A stretch of 64,000 nt of DNA from Kudoa neothunni (taxonomy: Eukaryota; Animalia; Cnidaria): positions 10,325,287-10,389,286 of the forward strand of contig OZ199839.1 in NCBI GenBank assembly GCA_964304625.1, read 5' to 3'. Positions 14,001 to 28,386 of this stretch are shown here, piece by piece. Position numbers and translations under genes: made by a program. The notes below the pieces were generated by a model. The model was not told the origin of the DNA, did not search any database, and saw nothing but the letters and a program-made list of their open reading frames with translations. The stretch's first letter is position 1, and each line of letters starts with the position of its first letter.

Positions 14001-17000
14001 GTGTTTTATTTAAAATGATCATAATCTACTTTGCTTAACTATATTCATAACGCTCGAAAAGAGAAAACACATACCAAATAACATGTTTATGCTTCATAAT
14101 TTAAGGGAAATGCGACGACTCTTGTAAATGTGACGTTAATAGTTCTACTTGTCTTAAAAGTACTCCGAACAGGCATATGTAAAATTTTTAGAACATTCTA
14201 AATCATAATTAGGAGACTTTCTATATAATGAGTAAAAATTCATTTTAATTGTCTATGAACCAGAAGTAAACAAATATCAATATTATGCAGATGCTTTTTA
14301 ATCTGCTATTTGTGAAGTCAATCAGAAAATTCCTTACTCCGGACTGTGTTATTGACTATATTTATACTTCTAAGTAAATTATCGATTTTTATTAATGGTT
14401 TCATCTATTCAAATACAAACTTACAGCTATATTTAAAGAAAGTTTCTCCGTGGCATATGCGTACTGCTGCAAACTGACACACACACTGGCAAACAAGAAC
14501 TTTATTATGTATACAGATATAGAAGATATAGATGCTACAAGCGTGTACCTCGAGGTTCATTTTTTTACATTTTTCTTCAAATACCATGATTATGAACAAC
14601 TACCCTAGTCTTTGTGCAGTAATAGTAATGTAATATCTAAGGTTTTCCGTCTTCTTCGATTTTATTTTGTTTAAGTTGTTAAGAAATATAGCTGAATTCG
14701 AAATTTGCCTGAAAATATAAAACTTAGATTATTTTTACAAAATGTCAGCTTTTAATTTTTTTATATCGAGCCAAAAATTTCTAAAGATTTTTGTACTATC
14801 AGCTAATTTTTTATTTAGTTCCTGAAATAATTCGATGTGAATATAGGTGTTTATTTAGTTAAATACTCGCACGCCCTTGTTCTACCTTTTCCCCAATATA
14901 AAACTCAAAATGATGGAATATTTACAATTCATAATCATTTCATTTATAATCTTTTTTAGAAAAAACTAAAGCAGAAACTGGGGTTCTTGATTCGTTCGGC
15001 TACGTTGGAATTAGAAAATTCGTTGTTAACACCGCTTTTTAATTTACACTGTTTTTAACTTTTGGGATATTAAATAATTTTTTCAATAATTATTACTAAA
15101 AGAATTTAAAACAATATTTATATTTTAATTCCTCTCTCTAAAACATTCTGATTTTGATCACCAACAAAATATTTAATGAGTATTAACATATCTGTGGCAT
15201 GACATCAGCGAATGTTGGAATAAAAAGGCAAGATACATCATCATTATTATTTATGAGATAATTCGCTTTTAATATAAATGAGAGATTTCATTCTAAAATT
15301 ATTAAAACGAAGATTTATGTTTTTCATTTATCTAAATTTCGATTACTATAGCACATCTCTAGATATCACTTTCTATAATATCTAAATTAATATTAATTCT
15401 GGAGAAAATATTACTTTTTACTCTCTAAAATATTATTTTAAAATTTTAAATATTCTTCGATGTTCTTATGTTTATATTTTAAGCAGTATAATCCAAAGCA
15501 TCATTTATTGAGATTCCAATTTATTAAAGTGCGTGGTCACTATCTAAAAGGTTTCTTCTCTGGATAATAATTCCTTATTTAAAAATCTATATCCGAATCA
15601 TGTGAAAGGGTTTCAAAAATTTTAGAACCATGCGTGTTTGCTGGAATTGTTTCAATCAATTTCTCAAGATAAAACTATTCAAAAACCAGATGTTCCATTC
15701 GCATCTTAGAGAATACTAGAATTATGTTTATTGAAGGGGTCTCTTGAAAACGTTAATAGTCCCTTAAATGATTATTACGGATCAAATACAATTAATAATT
15801 ATATTGCCTTAATTTGTAATCATTTTAGATAAAAATGTAGTTATTATAGGCATCCTGTAATACTCAAAAGATACCATAATGATTTACCAAATATTGCCAT
15901 CACAAAAATTAAAATCAAATTTTTATTTCTATATTATAAAGAACAAAACTTTTTATTCTTAAAAATATTTTACTACTTAGTATATAACAAATTCTTACAA
16001 CTCCAATCGGTTCCATTGTACCTGATTGAGCAGAAGGAATTTTTAACTATAATAATATTTAAAGTTCGATATTCCAACATTTTTTCAGTTTTTTAGATCA
16101 TTGTAGAGTAAATAACCAGTTTCCGTGTTCATATGACCAGAGGTGTACGTGAGTTAAGCATTTAAAAATTTTACGATAAGTTGTTAGCTACCATTCAGAT
16201 GTATTTGTAACAAAATTTAATATATAATTTTAAAAGATTAATTATTCAACAACAAAAAACATTAAAAAATCCGCAATAAATATATTTTTCAGGTTATGCA
16301 TAAGTAAAAAAATTTAATTATATTCATTTCTTTGTTTTTTCATTTAATATTTATTGATTCATATTTTTAGTATACAATAAAAAGTATTCTGTTGTTTTAA
16401 GGGCGTCCACTCTTATACATCCGCCATGCCTGGCAATTATGGGGAAATGAGCTGTGGAACGTTAATAACACTTAATACTAATATAAATGGCGAATAGTGT
16501 ACTTTGGTCGGATTAGCGATAATTCTTGGCATAGTGGTTTCAGCTGATGTATTTCAAAAGATAAAGAGAAGATTCACTTGATAAAAGAAATTGAATTGAA
16601 TGATTTCGGCGAAATAAATATTTTGGTTTCGGTGAGAGAAAACATGAAAATGAATATGATAGAAAATTATTGTTCATTTATTATTTATTGTTTTAAAACC
16701 GAGTACCGTTGTTTTTAGACAAAAATAATGAACTTAGAAATAGGTAATTTTAGAATACACGATAGAAAATTGTCGAAAAGAATTATCTAAAAATTATGAT
16801 AGTCAATTAGTTATACTTTCACAACTTACGATATTTTTTAAGAGTTCAATTGGAAATAATAATTGACCAATATTCAGTAACTGGTTTGGCTATAAAAAAT
16901 TTATCCATGATATCTATATAAATTACAGAATTAATATTTAAAATTGATAAGGATCAGATTAAGTTTTTTAATTTTTATACAAATAGCATTACACATAGGC

Positions 17001-17263
17001 ATCTTATAAAAATGACATTAAAAAATAACATTCTTATTTTCTTAAGAAAGTATAATATTATAAAACTAACTTAAATATATTTAGATGCATGATTTCTTTA
17101 TGTTATTTTTAAATTTATTCTTCTGGCTGTACTTACTAAACGGCGCGATTTTTATATGGATTTACAAAAAAATTCGATCAACAAATTAATAATGATTCTT
17201 TTATAGAAATAAATATTTCTGTTCATTTTGTAACTAATTATGGCTTTTATATTCCATTAAAAA

Positions 17264-18727
17264 TTAACAGTTAGTGGTTTCATCATTCTCAGCATTTTTG
17301 CCTTCATTATATACTTCTCCACATATTGCTTGGCATTGCGCACTTGTTTTAAAGTTGTTCGAATTTCCATCATATCCTTTGTAACAAAATGATTTACATT
17401 TTTTTTCACTTGAATTATAATAATATCTTTTTGTTTTATAAGTCCCATCACTCCCTTCACCTCCTTTTCCTAATGTGCATGTTTCTTCGATTTTTATTTC
17501 TTTCTTGTAACCCCCTAAATTTTAAAAAAAATTTGATTTTACTCAATAAAGGTTATAAGTAATATTTTAAAAATTTTCATATTTTAGAGAATTATAACGA
17601 GTTCGTACCTGCGCCGCAATAACTATGGCACATTTCCATGGTGGGAAAACTATTCTTCGTATTATCGAAATCAGAGTCTGAAATAGGGCCAGTTTCCATT
17701 CGTTTACAAACGTCAGTGGTAGAATCATAATAATACCTGAATATAATATTTTCAGAACCTTCACTGACAGTTTTAGCCGTTTGTGAAGGATTGCTGTCAC
17801 AAGCAGCAACCCTCTTATTTTCTTTTTTTACGGTACCATTGTTAGCAGTACTATTTGGATATGCTAACAAGATAAAAATCTTAGAATAAAATATTTAGCA
17901 TACGAAAGCATTTTTTGATGCATTCAGCAAACGATCTAAATATTCCTCTTGTATTAGAATCTATTGAAGCAGCAGCAAAAGCACACTTATTGTTGTTGGT
18001 ATCCGCAATAATGGCAGTGCTTGGATCTTTATCTTTAACATCGGGTCTTAATGTGCAGTCCAAAATGTTTGGAACCGTATATTTCTCTTTGTCCACAAGA
18101 TTACTTAGTTTGGAGTCATCAGCATTTGTGAGCCCACCATTTTTTTTATCTAATTAAAAGATAAATAAGTAACTATTAGAATTCGAATTAGTGATGCTTA
18201 CTTAAACAATAAAGATAGCACTCAGTGTCACTTTCGTATCTATTAAAACTTCCACCACAGCCATTATAGTTGAAAGGTTCGCATCTTGCAGTTGTTGGAT
18301 TAAAGTGGTATTTTTCCACTGTTTTGGAATTTTTAACGCAATGTCCAGGATGCTTTGGTTTTTTACATCCTTGAAGTTTTTCTCTTTTGGTCAACTTACC
18401 TTGGGAGAATCTTAATATAGAAAATTTTAATGCATGCCATACCGTGCATTTCGCAAAGTCCTTTAGACGCAAAATTGTTATAATTCCCCTTGATACCTCG
18501 ATATTCTAGAGGTTTGCATTTAGCGTCATTGATGTCAATAAACCAACGATCAATGACATTATTCATGCTTTTTTCAACACCTATAGGCCAATCCCCTTCA
18601 TCTCTCTCGTAGGATGGTAAAATTGGATCTAATGAGTAGATAGACTGATTACTGTAATTTGGCAATTACCGGCTAGACAATATGATAACGATATAATATA
18701 TATTATTTTATAAAGTGAGGATCTCAT
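17264..18727 (-). CDS. Secreted five-domain BPTI/Kunitz protein (6 exons)
   Basis: Signal-peptide exon MRSSLYKIIYIISLSYCLA, then five exons joined by phase-1 GT-AG introns, each with one Kunitz-like unit. Domain 2 is canonical (C..PKHPGHC...YHFNPTTARCEPFNYNGCGGSFNRY....C...C). Stop TAA at 17264. Confidence 0.9.
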
Positions 18728-21652
18728 TGTTTTATCTAATGCCTAAGAAAATTCGGAACGAGCAATAATAATCATAAGATGTATGAATCATTAATAATTT
18801 TCAATATATGAATACGATTAGGATTAAATAAATCAGTTTTATCGAAGGTGTGTATAATTACATTAAGTATTTAACAACAATTAATATATCTAAAGTAACG
18901 TCCTATGTTTGTTTTTATAACATTAATCTTATATTTTTTGCAATGATAACATCCAATAAAGGCTGAAATACCGAATATTTAAAATTTCAAAAGATGTTCC
19001 ATTGTATCATATATATTAATTTTAATTTAAATACACGGAATATTGAAAAATCGTTAAAAAGTTAAATAATTAGATGTCATAATTATCTTTACATTCTCTG
19101 TAATTGATGATTTTAGTTAGGTATGTCTATGATGTCCCGTAAAATTTTTTCTAATGAATATATAAAGAACTAACGCGAAAGCCCCGCCACGCAAACTAAA
19201 GTCTTGAGTAGGCCAAGGTCATTTGAAGTTCAAAGTAAATTCAGAGTATTTAGATAAATAGTAAAAAGATTACCCAATTAACCGGTGATGTATTTAACTC
19301 ATTGGATGCATGAACCTTATTTAATATTTTTAAAAACGAATAAATACTACTGAGCGTTTGAATTTCATATTAATGCCTGGATACATAACCTAATATTAGC
19401 TTCCTCATTCGAACTATTTCGATTACTAAATTTCTTTCCAATAATTTTAAAGTAAAATAAACACTATGATACATTTAAAATTAACTTTTTATAACTTTAA
19501 CGAAATGACCTATATGTTAGCATAAATCCTGAAATCATACCACTCATAGCACGTGAAAATATTTTTAGTCATTTTGCAGGATGCAAACCTTTTATAATTG
19601 TTATGTATTTTTCTGTGTTAAAATAAAATTTTATCTTTCCATATGTGTGCTCAAATGGAGCGATACTTCTCTCTATCAAAAATGAAAAATGCGTACACAC
19701 TGACACACGCGGATTACCGGTTTGTTTTATATAGTAGATTGGAGAAAAAATCCTCAAGAGTCGAGAATTTTGTAATAACAGTTTTGAGCTTTCCATTCAT
19801 TGCCTCTAGTCGATTGTTGGTGGCGATATTGAAATAATTTTTGGCTTAACTCAAACCAATAACCCATTCTTTAGCTATGGGGTCCCTGCAGCCAATGAAT
19901 GCGAGCGTTCATCAAATATTAATTTTAGCGATAAAGAATTCTCAGCTGAAAATTCCTAGATTATTCAAGAAGAAGTCATTATGCCTACATCAGAACACTT
20001 TGACGAGCTTACTCCTTTGATTGTTGAATCTGCTAATTTTGAAACTGAAAATGAACGAGTGGTAGAATTTATTTAACATCAAACAAATTGAAATAAATTG
20101 ATCAAGAGATAATCAACGACTTAAATAAATATTGGATTGTAACTAATTTAATTGATAACATTTTATTAATAAGTAATCTTTATTTATTGTTTACCTCTGC
20201 AGGTTCTTCCCTCTGGAAGACAAATCGCAGTTATTCTGCTATCCTTTTGCCTACCAGTTGATTTTATGTTTCTTAAAATTATTAGATCTAGATATGAATA
20301 ATGAATACCATTTATTTTTTAAATAACTTTATTTTTATAACGACCGGACATTAATTTCTCAGGAGTGTTGTCAATTCGGAATGCGTTGAATCGTCGGCTT
20401 ATCATTTCTTAATAAAATAAGTAAATAAAAGAATTGTATAAAATAATTTACGGATATTAAGCTCAAGAATTCTGTCTGACTCATATGAAAACATGATGTT
20501 AAATATAATTAGTCTAAAATCAAATATCCATTCCACATTTCACGATCAGGATTAATGCAAATGGATGCGTTGAATAAATTTTCTTTATCAAAAATGTATC
20601 TCATTCTAATATATTTATCTTATGTGAATGGAAGATTATTCATTTAGATTATAAATTTATTCAATTTTGCTTTAGCATGTTCCTTAATAAAACATTCTGA
20701 AATTTTGAACGTATCTAAGAATATTTCGTAAGAATCAACCCAGACCTCAGCTGATGTTGTCGCTAATTTAGTTAAGTTCACGATAATTACCGTGCTCCGC
20801 ATTATTCAGTTTCTACAATGAAATAAAATAAATTTAGACATTGGTTATGTAATTATTCTGAAATAAATTTTTAATCGCTATTAATCTTATCGGAGCGAAA
20901 TTAATACAACGATGATATATTTAATACTGTACGCAATGTATATTTCATGTTAACACTTGAAGTAAACGCAAAATATAACCTTGTGTTGTTTGGTAATAGT
21001 TTAATCACATAAGGAATAATAATTTAAATGACCTATACGACTTCAAATCTAATTTTAACCAACGTGTTGCAACGAAAATACTTGAAACATGAAAGCGCCG
21101 AGGATTCACGTAAATGATGCATGATTGCGTTATGCAGTATTACAGTTTTTTTTCACTAAAATAACTGGTATCTGATTAAAAATAAAACAAAAATATTTAT
21201 CCTAATTAATTTTATTTGGAAATAGTAGTAAAATAACAAAACATGATAGTAATCCATAAATTATGTTATAAAAATATTAGCGTAAAAATGGGATATTATG
21301 TCGATAAACAATATTTTAATACAATTGCGGATTCAAAAAAGAATATATAAACAAATGAGGGAGATATTCGTTACCGTGAGAATAGCCAGCCCTTTTTATT
21401 ACTTCTCCCCCCGCCTGCGCAGCTTAATTAAAAGCATCCGAAAAATACGAAAAAAATAAGAGTTAAAATAAATTAAAGAAAGGGGATTAAATCAACAACA
21501 ACAACAATTAATAATTAATAATAATAATAATAATAAATTGCATGAGACAAAAAAAACAAATCGAAATAAAAACAATAATATTAATTTAAGATAAAAGAAT
21601 CTATAATACAAAACTATACCAACCTGTTGCTACATCGTTAGGTGTAAGAAAA

Positions 21653-23808
21653 TTAGAAAAAATGTTTGAATCGTGGATTCTTTTTTCTGCCAATCTTTGG
21701 CATATTCGGCAAATTATGATATTTTTCCAAGTTGAGCGCAATAAAAATATGGATATTATTGATAAAAGAAGTATTCATATCATAGACAGAAATATCCATA
21801 TTAATTTTGGAGGAATTTACATCGGCATGGCATACAGTTAAATCTCCAGCATCTTGTTCATCGATGATAAAATCGGATGATGTGTTGAACAGGTATTTAG
21901 TGGACGGGATCTCATTAATAACAATCTAAGACAACACACATAGATTAGAATTGGTATGCAATGAGATAAATGTCGGTTTTTAAAAATTATCAATAAAAAA
22001 CAATCCACACGTAGACGAATAGTTGTTAATCGATTTTTAATGTATTAAAGCTCACTTTTTTTAAGATAAAATCAGATTTTGTTTTTTTGTGTAGAGAAGA
22101 CCCTTTTGGGTGGATTACAGATGTGGATGTTTGACTGGAGGGCTCATGTGATAAAGTTTTGTCGAAACCAATAGAAGTGAACCTCAACAAACGTGAAACA
22201 CTGTTATTCCCTGTCAGTAAATATTTGTTGTAGGCTGGATTCGTGTTTGGATGTGAACGTGTGGCACAAAGGTTGGACTTGAAAACAAATTGATTTTCAT
22301 CCGCGAAAGCCACCTCCGAATCATCTAGTTTAGCGATCGAAGCAGAAATTGAAACTCTAGCGGTACACTCAGTTGAATTATCAACAACGTGTGGTGAATC
22401 GTCGTTATTAGATAGGTCGCAATTTTCTGATGTAAGGTTGGCTTGAATGTAGTTGTCTGTGACACAATCATTTTCAACAGTGTCACTTAGATCAAGTTTT
22501 GCAAAACTATCCGATATTTCGTTATAGTTTATTGCAGATTCATCACTGAGATTTGAGCAGAGAGCGATTTTGCCATTAATAGGCGTTGAGAAATTGGTAA
22601 TTTTTGTTTTTGAATCATGTGAGGAATCGCTTTCGAGATGTGAATGCTCAAAACTGGCACTATATCGTGAACCTCCCCCCTCCACTAGTTGTGGTGGTGG
22701 TGGTGGTGTTTATGATAGACGAATCCACGTTAGAAACAGTACAGATGTAATTCATCTGAAAAACGATGCTAAAAATTTTGTCTACCAACACACGGCCATC
22801 TCCAATGCATAAATCATGTTTTTTGGAATCTTCCAGGTAATTCTGAAAAACCAACGATGATATATCTCTAATTTGTAATGCATCTTTGTTTTGTAGTTCA
22901 AAACTGAGTTGATTAGTGGATATAAGGAGATCGTTATAGTTTTCATTTAAATGCACTATGAATTTTTGCAATTTTGTGATGTACGAGAGAATAGCATGTA
23001 TACACTTGAAGAAGAACAATTTTTGCCGAAAATACAGCATACCCGAGTTGGAAGAGGATTTATAGCGTTTTATTGTCCCCGCGCATGTGTTATACACGGT
23101 GCGCAATTTGCGAAGCGCCTCATTTTTTATCAACTCTTGATCGGCAGCCTTTTTAGTCCAATAATCTAATTTCTCGTTGGCCTCATTCAATTGATGAAGA
23201 CTGTTAACGCATGACTCCATATCTCTGTCATCAGCGTGGTTGTTGTTGTCGATTAGATCCTTTTCTAGGCGGTTGCAAATAGTTCTGCATTGCTCTAACG
23301 CAAATGTCGACGCATCGTACTCCATCACATGAATGTAACATGAATCAGCCTCCTTTAAACATACACACAAATTACACCATTTCAAACTCACAACAACAAC
23401 AAAAATCATACGATTTTCAATGCAAGTAGACATTTTAAATAGTTACGAGTTTTTTCTATTGATCTTCGATGTTTAATGTAATAATCACCAAGAAGTATCT
23501 CAATCCTGGAAATCATAGAATTCAACTGATTTCTTATATACTAAAAAAAGGTTAATTGTGGTTGTTGGTTCGAACGACAAACTGTCAAATTGGTGGTTGC
23601 ATTATTTAATTTATCCGAGGAATCATTTAACAATTCCAAATTTTCCTAATCACAAAAAAAATCTCACTCCACATCCGTCTACAAACAACAATTTTACTTT
23701 TATTCGTGGATCCAAATCCTCTTGTGAACTGTCGTGGTCGGTTTCATTTTTTAGATGACTGTTTTTATTAGAATCTTTGATACTGGTAGGATTTTCACTG
23801 TCGGACAT
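21653..23808 (-). CDS. SH3BP5/SH3BP5L (Sab/Parcas) family Rab11 GEF-like coiled-coil protein
   Basis: The spliced N-terminus DLDPRIK|ENLELLNDSSDKLNNATTNLT|YIRNQLNSMISRIEILL....KHRRSIEKTRNY aligns in register with SH3BP5 VDPRIQGELEKLNQSTDDIN...IGKAVEDSKPY; a later YFRQK matches PYFELK. A Ser/Asp-rich tail follows a one-base frameshift in a G6 run near 22675. The 3' end is uncertain. Confidence 0.75.
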
Positions 23809-24814
23809 GGCCAAATGTTACATTAAAGTGCATGTACCCTGACCCTCTGCGTGCGCCTGTTACTAATCCAGTGTTAGGATACTTTATTAACATATTCACA
23901 GTGAATTATTCACAAATTTTGAACACTCTTTGAATTGTTCTCACTCAAAAATATCATAACAACATCAATAGAACAATTTCTGTGATAAATAGTGAATTAG
24001 CATTATGCCCTAGGTGCACGCAGTTAGTAATTAATCGAAATCAGCCCACAAATATTTTTCATCATACCCATACATGATAATAACGGTGTCATCGTGCAAA
24101 ATCAGCTTAAAATATGTGATTAATGATTAACGTTGTGACAAAAGGGATTTTGATTAAAAAAAACGATTCAAATATTATTAAGTAAATAACCAATTTTTGG
24201 GACATATTTTTTTGCTAAATAATCAACTGACTGTTTATGAATAAAATTTGATCCTATCATACATATCGTAAATTTCAATTGTTTGATGGATTAACTTATG
24301 CCTGATATCATTTTAGATAGACCTTCAATGCAATATCCATGAGTATTTGAATGCTAATTTTTAATCAGCCGAAAAGGTACATTGAGAGTATTTTTCATGA
24401 TCGATTAAAACCCATTATTCTCAAGTTTAAATTATACAATTATTTTATATTTTCCTACGGACAAAATCGGAACATTGTTATAATTAAAGGATTAAATATT
24501 TTTATAATGTTAATTCAATCCGATTGTATCAATTTAAATAACGCAAATTCGTCGTATTTTAACGTCAATATTGACTTATATTTTAAATAAGATTTTCATC
24601 GACATCTATCCATTTTGTAAACACTTTTTATTTTGTGAGGCGCCAATTCTTGTGAAAAATAATTGATGAGTTTGTGGGAGTGGTGATGTCTGTTGAATTT
24701 ATTGGAAGCATAATTGCCTAAACTTTTCGAAAAAATTTATTATATAGAAGGAATGCTAAAAATTATAAATTTTAATTTAAAAACAAGTTTCTATGTTCCA
24801 ATCCGTCATACTTT

Positions 24815-26847
24815 GTTTTGTTCACTACTATGAATAACAGACTCCAAAGGTAAAAAAAATAAATTTTATTAATAATTAACTAGTTTTCTACATGGAAATA
24901 ATAAAAACAATTCCTTGCTTTAACAATGCAACAAATTGCCAAATATTTTACACATGCGAAATGTGTGCTTCTTTTACACACATACACGGAACTTGTTTTT
25001 TGATTCATTAATCTTACAGTAACGACCAACATTGTCAAATCTAATGGAATCTGACAGAACATTATTTTTTGGAAATAAATGACATCATAACCCTCACACA
25101 CATCCAGACTTGGTCGACCTCGCTTTGGTATTACTACCCGCTTTATAATAGATGAGTGATCCGCTTATGAATTCTGTCAATCATAACAAGTCTGTCATGT
25201 AAAACTTTAAAGAATTATGTTCTAATCTATACAGTGCCTTCAGCATATCTGATAGATCGACGACTCCCATGTTTTTGTTGTATTCAGAACAATATTAGGA
25301 CACTCAACGTTAATCATTCGTTTGAGGCGTTTATCAAATCTCCTTACACAGAGACTGGGCTCCAAATAAAAATGCGTTGAAGTCAATGTAACTATTGAGA
25401 TAACACAATACCTTGGTGAAGATCTTGCGCTCTTTCGTACGCTCCGCGACCATTTTTTATTCTATTTCTTCGAGTTATACCAACTGAATAAATATTTCGG
25501 GTTTTTTGAAATACGTGTAGTGGGATGGAAGTAGTGTAGTTGCCAAAAGAAAGGAAATAGGTCTTTAAAGTTGGAGGAGTTTCCGTTAGTTCAACAACAA
25601 AACTTTCTGAGATTAGACCACAGCTTTGCGCTATCGTAAGTCTTTTTCCATCATATATGCGAAAGTCATACAAGATGCCACTAACACTGCATGTAGCAAA
25701 AACTTTGAAAGTTTCTTAGGGAGTATTGATTTGCTTTACATTTTCCTTTAAAAGGAATCATTTGCTCGTCAATTGAATCTCGTACTTCTGGGGGTTATTT
25801 TTAAGCATGCCATCCTGAGATGGTCAAGAATAGCTCTTATTTTCGCGAAACGATCAAAAGTGGGTGAGGTTTGGTCTGTTATAAGAGTTTCGTCACTACT
25901 AAAATGTAAAAATTTGTGAATTTGCTGGAAACAAATTCTGGAGAAAGTATTCGAAACAGAGGGATAATCCAGGGATTTACTCCAATAACAGCGGTAACGA
26001 GGCATCCTAACGATACCCACCAAAATAAGAATGCCGATAAAATTTTGAATTTTTTCTATATGTGTTCGGAAAGTCGATCCAAATTGATTGGAATAAATAT
26101 TTGATTGTGATACTATTAGTTCCATTAGTTCATTGCCAAAGAAGAAATTAAAGTAGTCTATTGGCTCATGTAAACTGTCAAGTTCTTCAAAATTTTCATC
26201 CATGGTTACATTTTCAGGTAGCTTAGTTCGGGGCCCTTCTTTAGTTCATTTGACATCTGTTTCCTCTTACAAAGCAACCGACTCATCCGACGAGCTAGTA
26301 GAGGATTCCTCAAAATTTTCGGTTTCTATTGGATCAAATCCATCATAAGAATACACACCAGGATCTTAAATATCAACGTCTGAAAGAACTATAACTTCTG
26401 CTTGTGTTTTTCCACCGTTTGTCTTTGTTGTTCTGAAATCGTGATCTATTATAATCCGCTATTTTAGTTCCGTTGGAGTCAGTTATTCGTCATAATGAAC
26501 ATATGTTTTTAAAGCTGTGTGCATTTTATTACTTATTCTATCAATGTGAATATTTGAAAAAATAAATTAACAGTAAATATCTATAATATATTTTTTATGA
26601 TTTATAAAATATATTTTACTTTACAAACAGAACAAGATCGCAATTTTTTAGCTCGGATTTAGTAAAAAGTATCGTTCAACAAAATTTTGTTCTTTCTTAA
26701 ATATGATTAAAATTAAAAATATTGGCAATCATAATATTAAAATATTCAGTTTAATTTATTTTGGTTTTCTATATAAGTATATTTAGTACGTGGTGGCCAA
26801 AATAATGGTTTGTTCACTTCAGTGAACAATGGGATCGAAAGGGTTAA
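24815..26847 (-). mobile_element. Decayed piggyBac element (PGBD3-like transposase pseudogene)
   Basis: Terminus TTAA|CCCTTTCGATCCCATTGTTCACTGAAGTGAAC at 26847. Broken ORFs encode PIDYFNFFF..ELMELIV.QSNIY, YWS, DRFAKIR, DEQMIPFKGK, GILYDFRIYDG, FGNYTTS (second catalytic D mutated), YNKNMGVVDLSDM and a Cys-rich C-terminus ending RNCFYYFH. The other end is degenerate. Confidence 0.92.
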
Positions 26848-28386
26848 TCATTTGGCACCCTTGGAGATCAACCACCCCAAATAGATTGTAATGTGGGGAC
26901 TACTTTAAAGTATTTACATAGTAATAAGATTCAATTCTTTTCGGTCTCTTAAATTACTAGCGTCAAAGTATACTGGAGAGGTAAAACTAAAGATTTTCTA
27001 ATTAATTTATTGATAAATCGTTATTAAATTATTTGAAAATTAGTACATTTAGGTACAAATGTTGTGTAATTTTTTTGAGAGTAAGGAAAAATTAAGCAAT
27101 AAAAAAATTTTATTTTTTTGTTTGCAAGAGAAAACTCCTGTCGCAAATTGTTAGGTTATGAAGTTCGAGCTGGTTAGGCCTTCTTCATGTTCGCCATGAC
27201 ACGGTTGGCAACCTTTTTGAGTGACGGGCCGAGCAGACATACCATAACTCTGATGCGGGTCGTATTGAAATTAATCTATTAAAATTTTAAATTATTCTTA
27301 AGTAAGTCAATTAATGTATAAAATTACGTCGAATCCAAAGTATTATATTCAAATTAATTTCACTTGCAATATAATAATAAACTTGTGTTAAACTGATGAA
27401 TGAACGATTTATTTGACCTAGTCGAATAACATGAGGTTTATCTATATGCCTTTTTACAAATATTTTATGCTTTTGTTGAAATAATTTTAACGTTATTTTA
27501 GCGGTCTTATTTATTCCGGTTTTCATGTTTAATAGAAATGAATTTTAGTCGGCTAAAATGTTTCCATAGACAACATAAACATTTGGAAAAACGATCCACA
27601 TAAAAAATTAAAAAGTATTTAGTTATTTTAGTTATTAAGAAAAAATTTTATGCCGACCTCTGCGCTATAGGCATCACAACGTCATATTAAGACTACCTAC
27701 GTTTATGCGGTACTAAGGGATTTTAATCTATTAAACATCCTCGTTTTGGAGCATCGCCACCAGGGATATGAAAAAATTAATTTTAATTTCAGATTTTTAA
27801 AATCAATAATTGCAATTATTAGAAAACTATTTGTGATAATCCAACATCACCGGAGATCATTTATATCTCGGCATAAAAATTTACTATTAGTTATTTCGGT
27901 CGCAAATTAAAGTAACCAGAAATTTATCATATTTTTAAACATTATTATAATTCATAAGTTAGAAAATTTAATTTGTGGGTATAACGTCTAAATAATTATA
28001 TTTGAAATATCATAGGGAATGTTCAATACTTTATTAACAAAAATTATCTCTATTGAAACCGTCTAAAATTTGAATCACGTTTTGCAACGTATATCTTGAT
28101 GTTTCTTGAAACCACATAATCAGGTGTAAATTGAAAAAAAATTAAAAAAGTTTTTTTATGTCTATCATTTTATGTTTATTTTTTAGATAAATAATACATT
28201 ATGACAAAAAAGATAGCATACATTAAATACAACAACAGAACGATAATATAGAGAGGAGTTAACGATAGATTGTAAATTTAATAAAAAAACTTTCTATAGA
28301 ATTTTATTTCCACATAATCTTTTATTCGTTTTTTGAAATACTTGCGTTTCTAGATTTATAGGGTAACCATCTTGGCGGTGGTCGTC

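Noticed and set aside
13480-14050. Possible Buster/SPIN-type hAT transposase relic (DVAYF...NELNVSL-like words)
   Set aside because: Too degraded to align with confidence by eye.
22660-22700. Programmed frameshift in the SH3BP5-like gene
   Set aside because: One extra G in a G6 run with no evident stimulatory element; the same pattern recurs elsewhere in the window, so assembly error is more likely.
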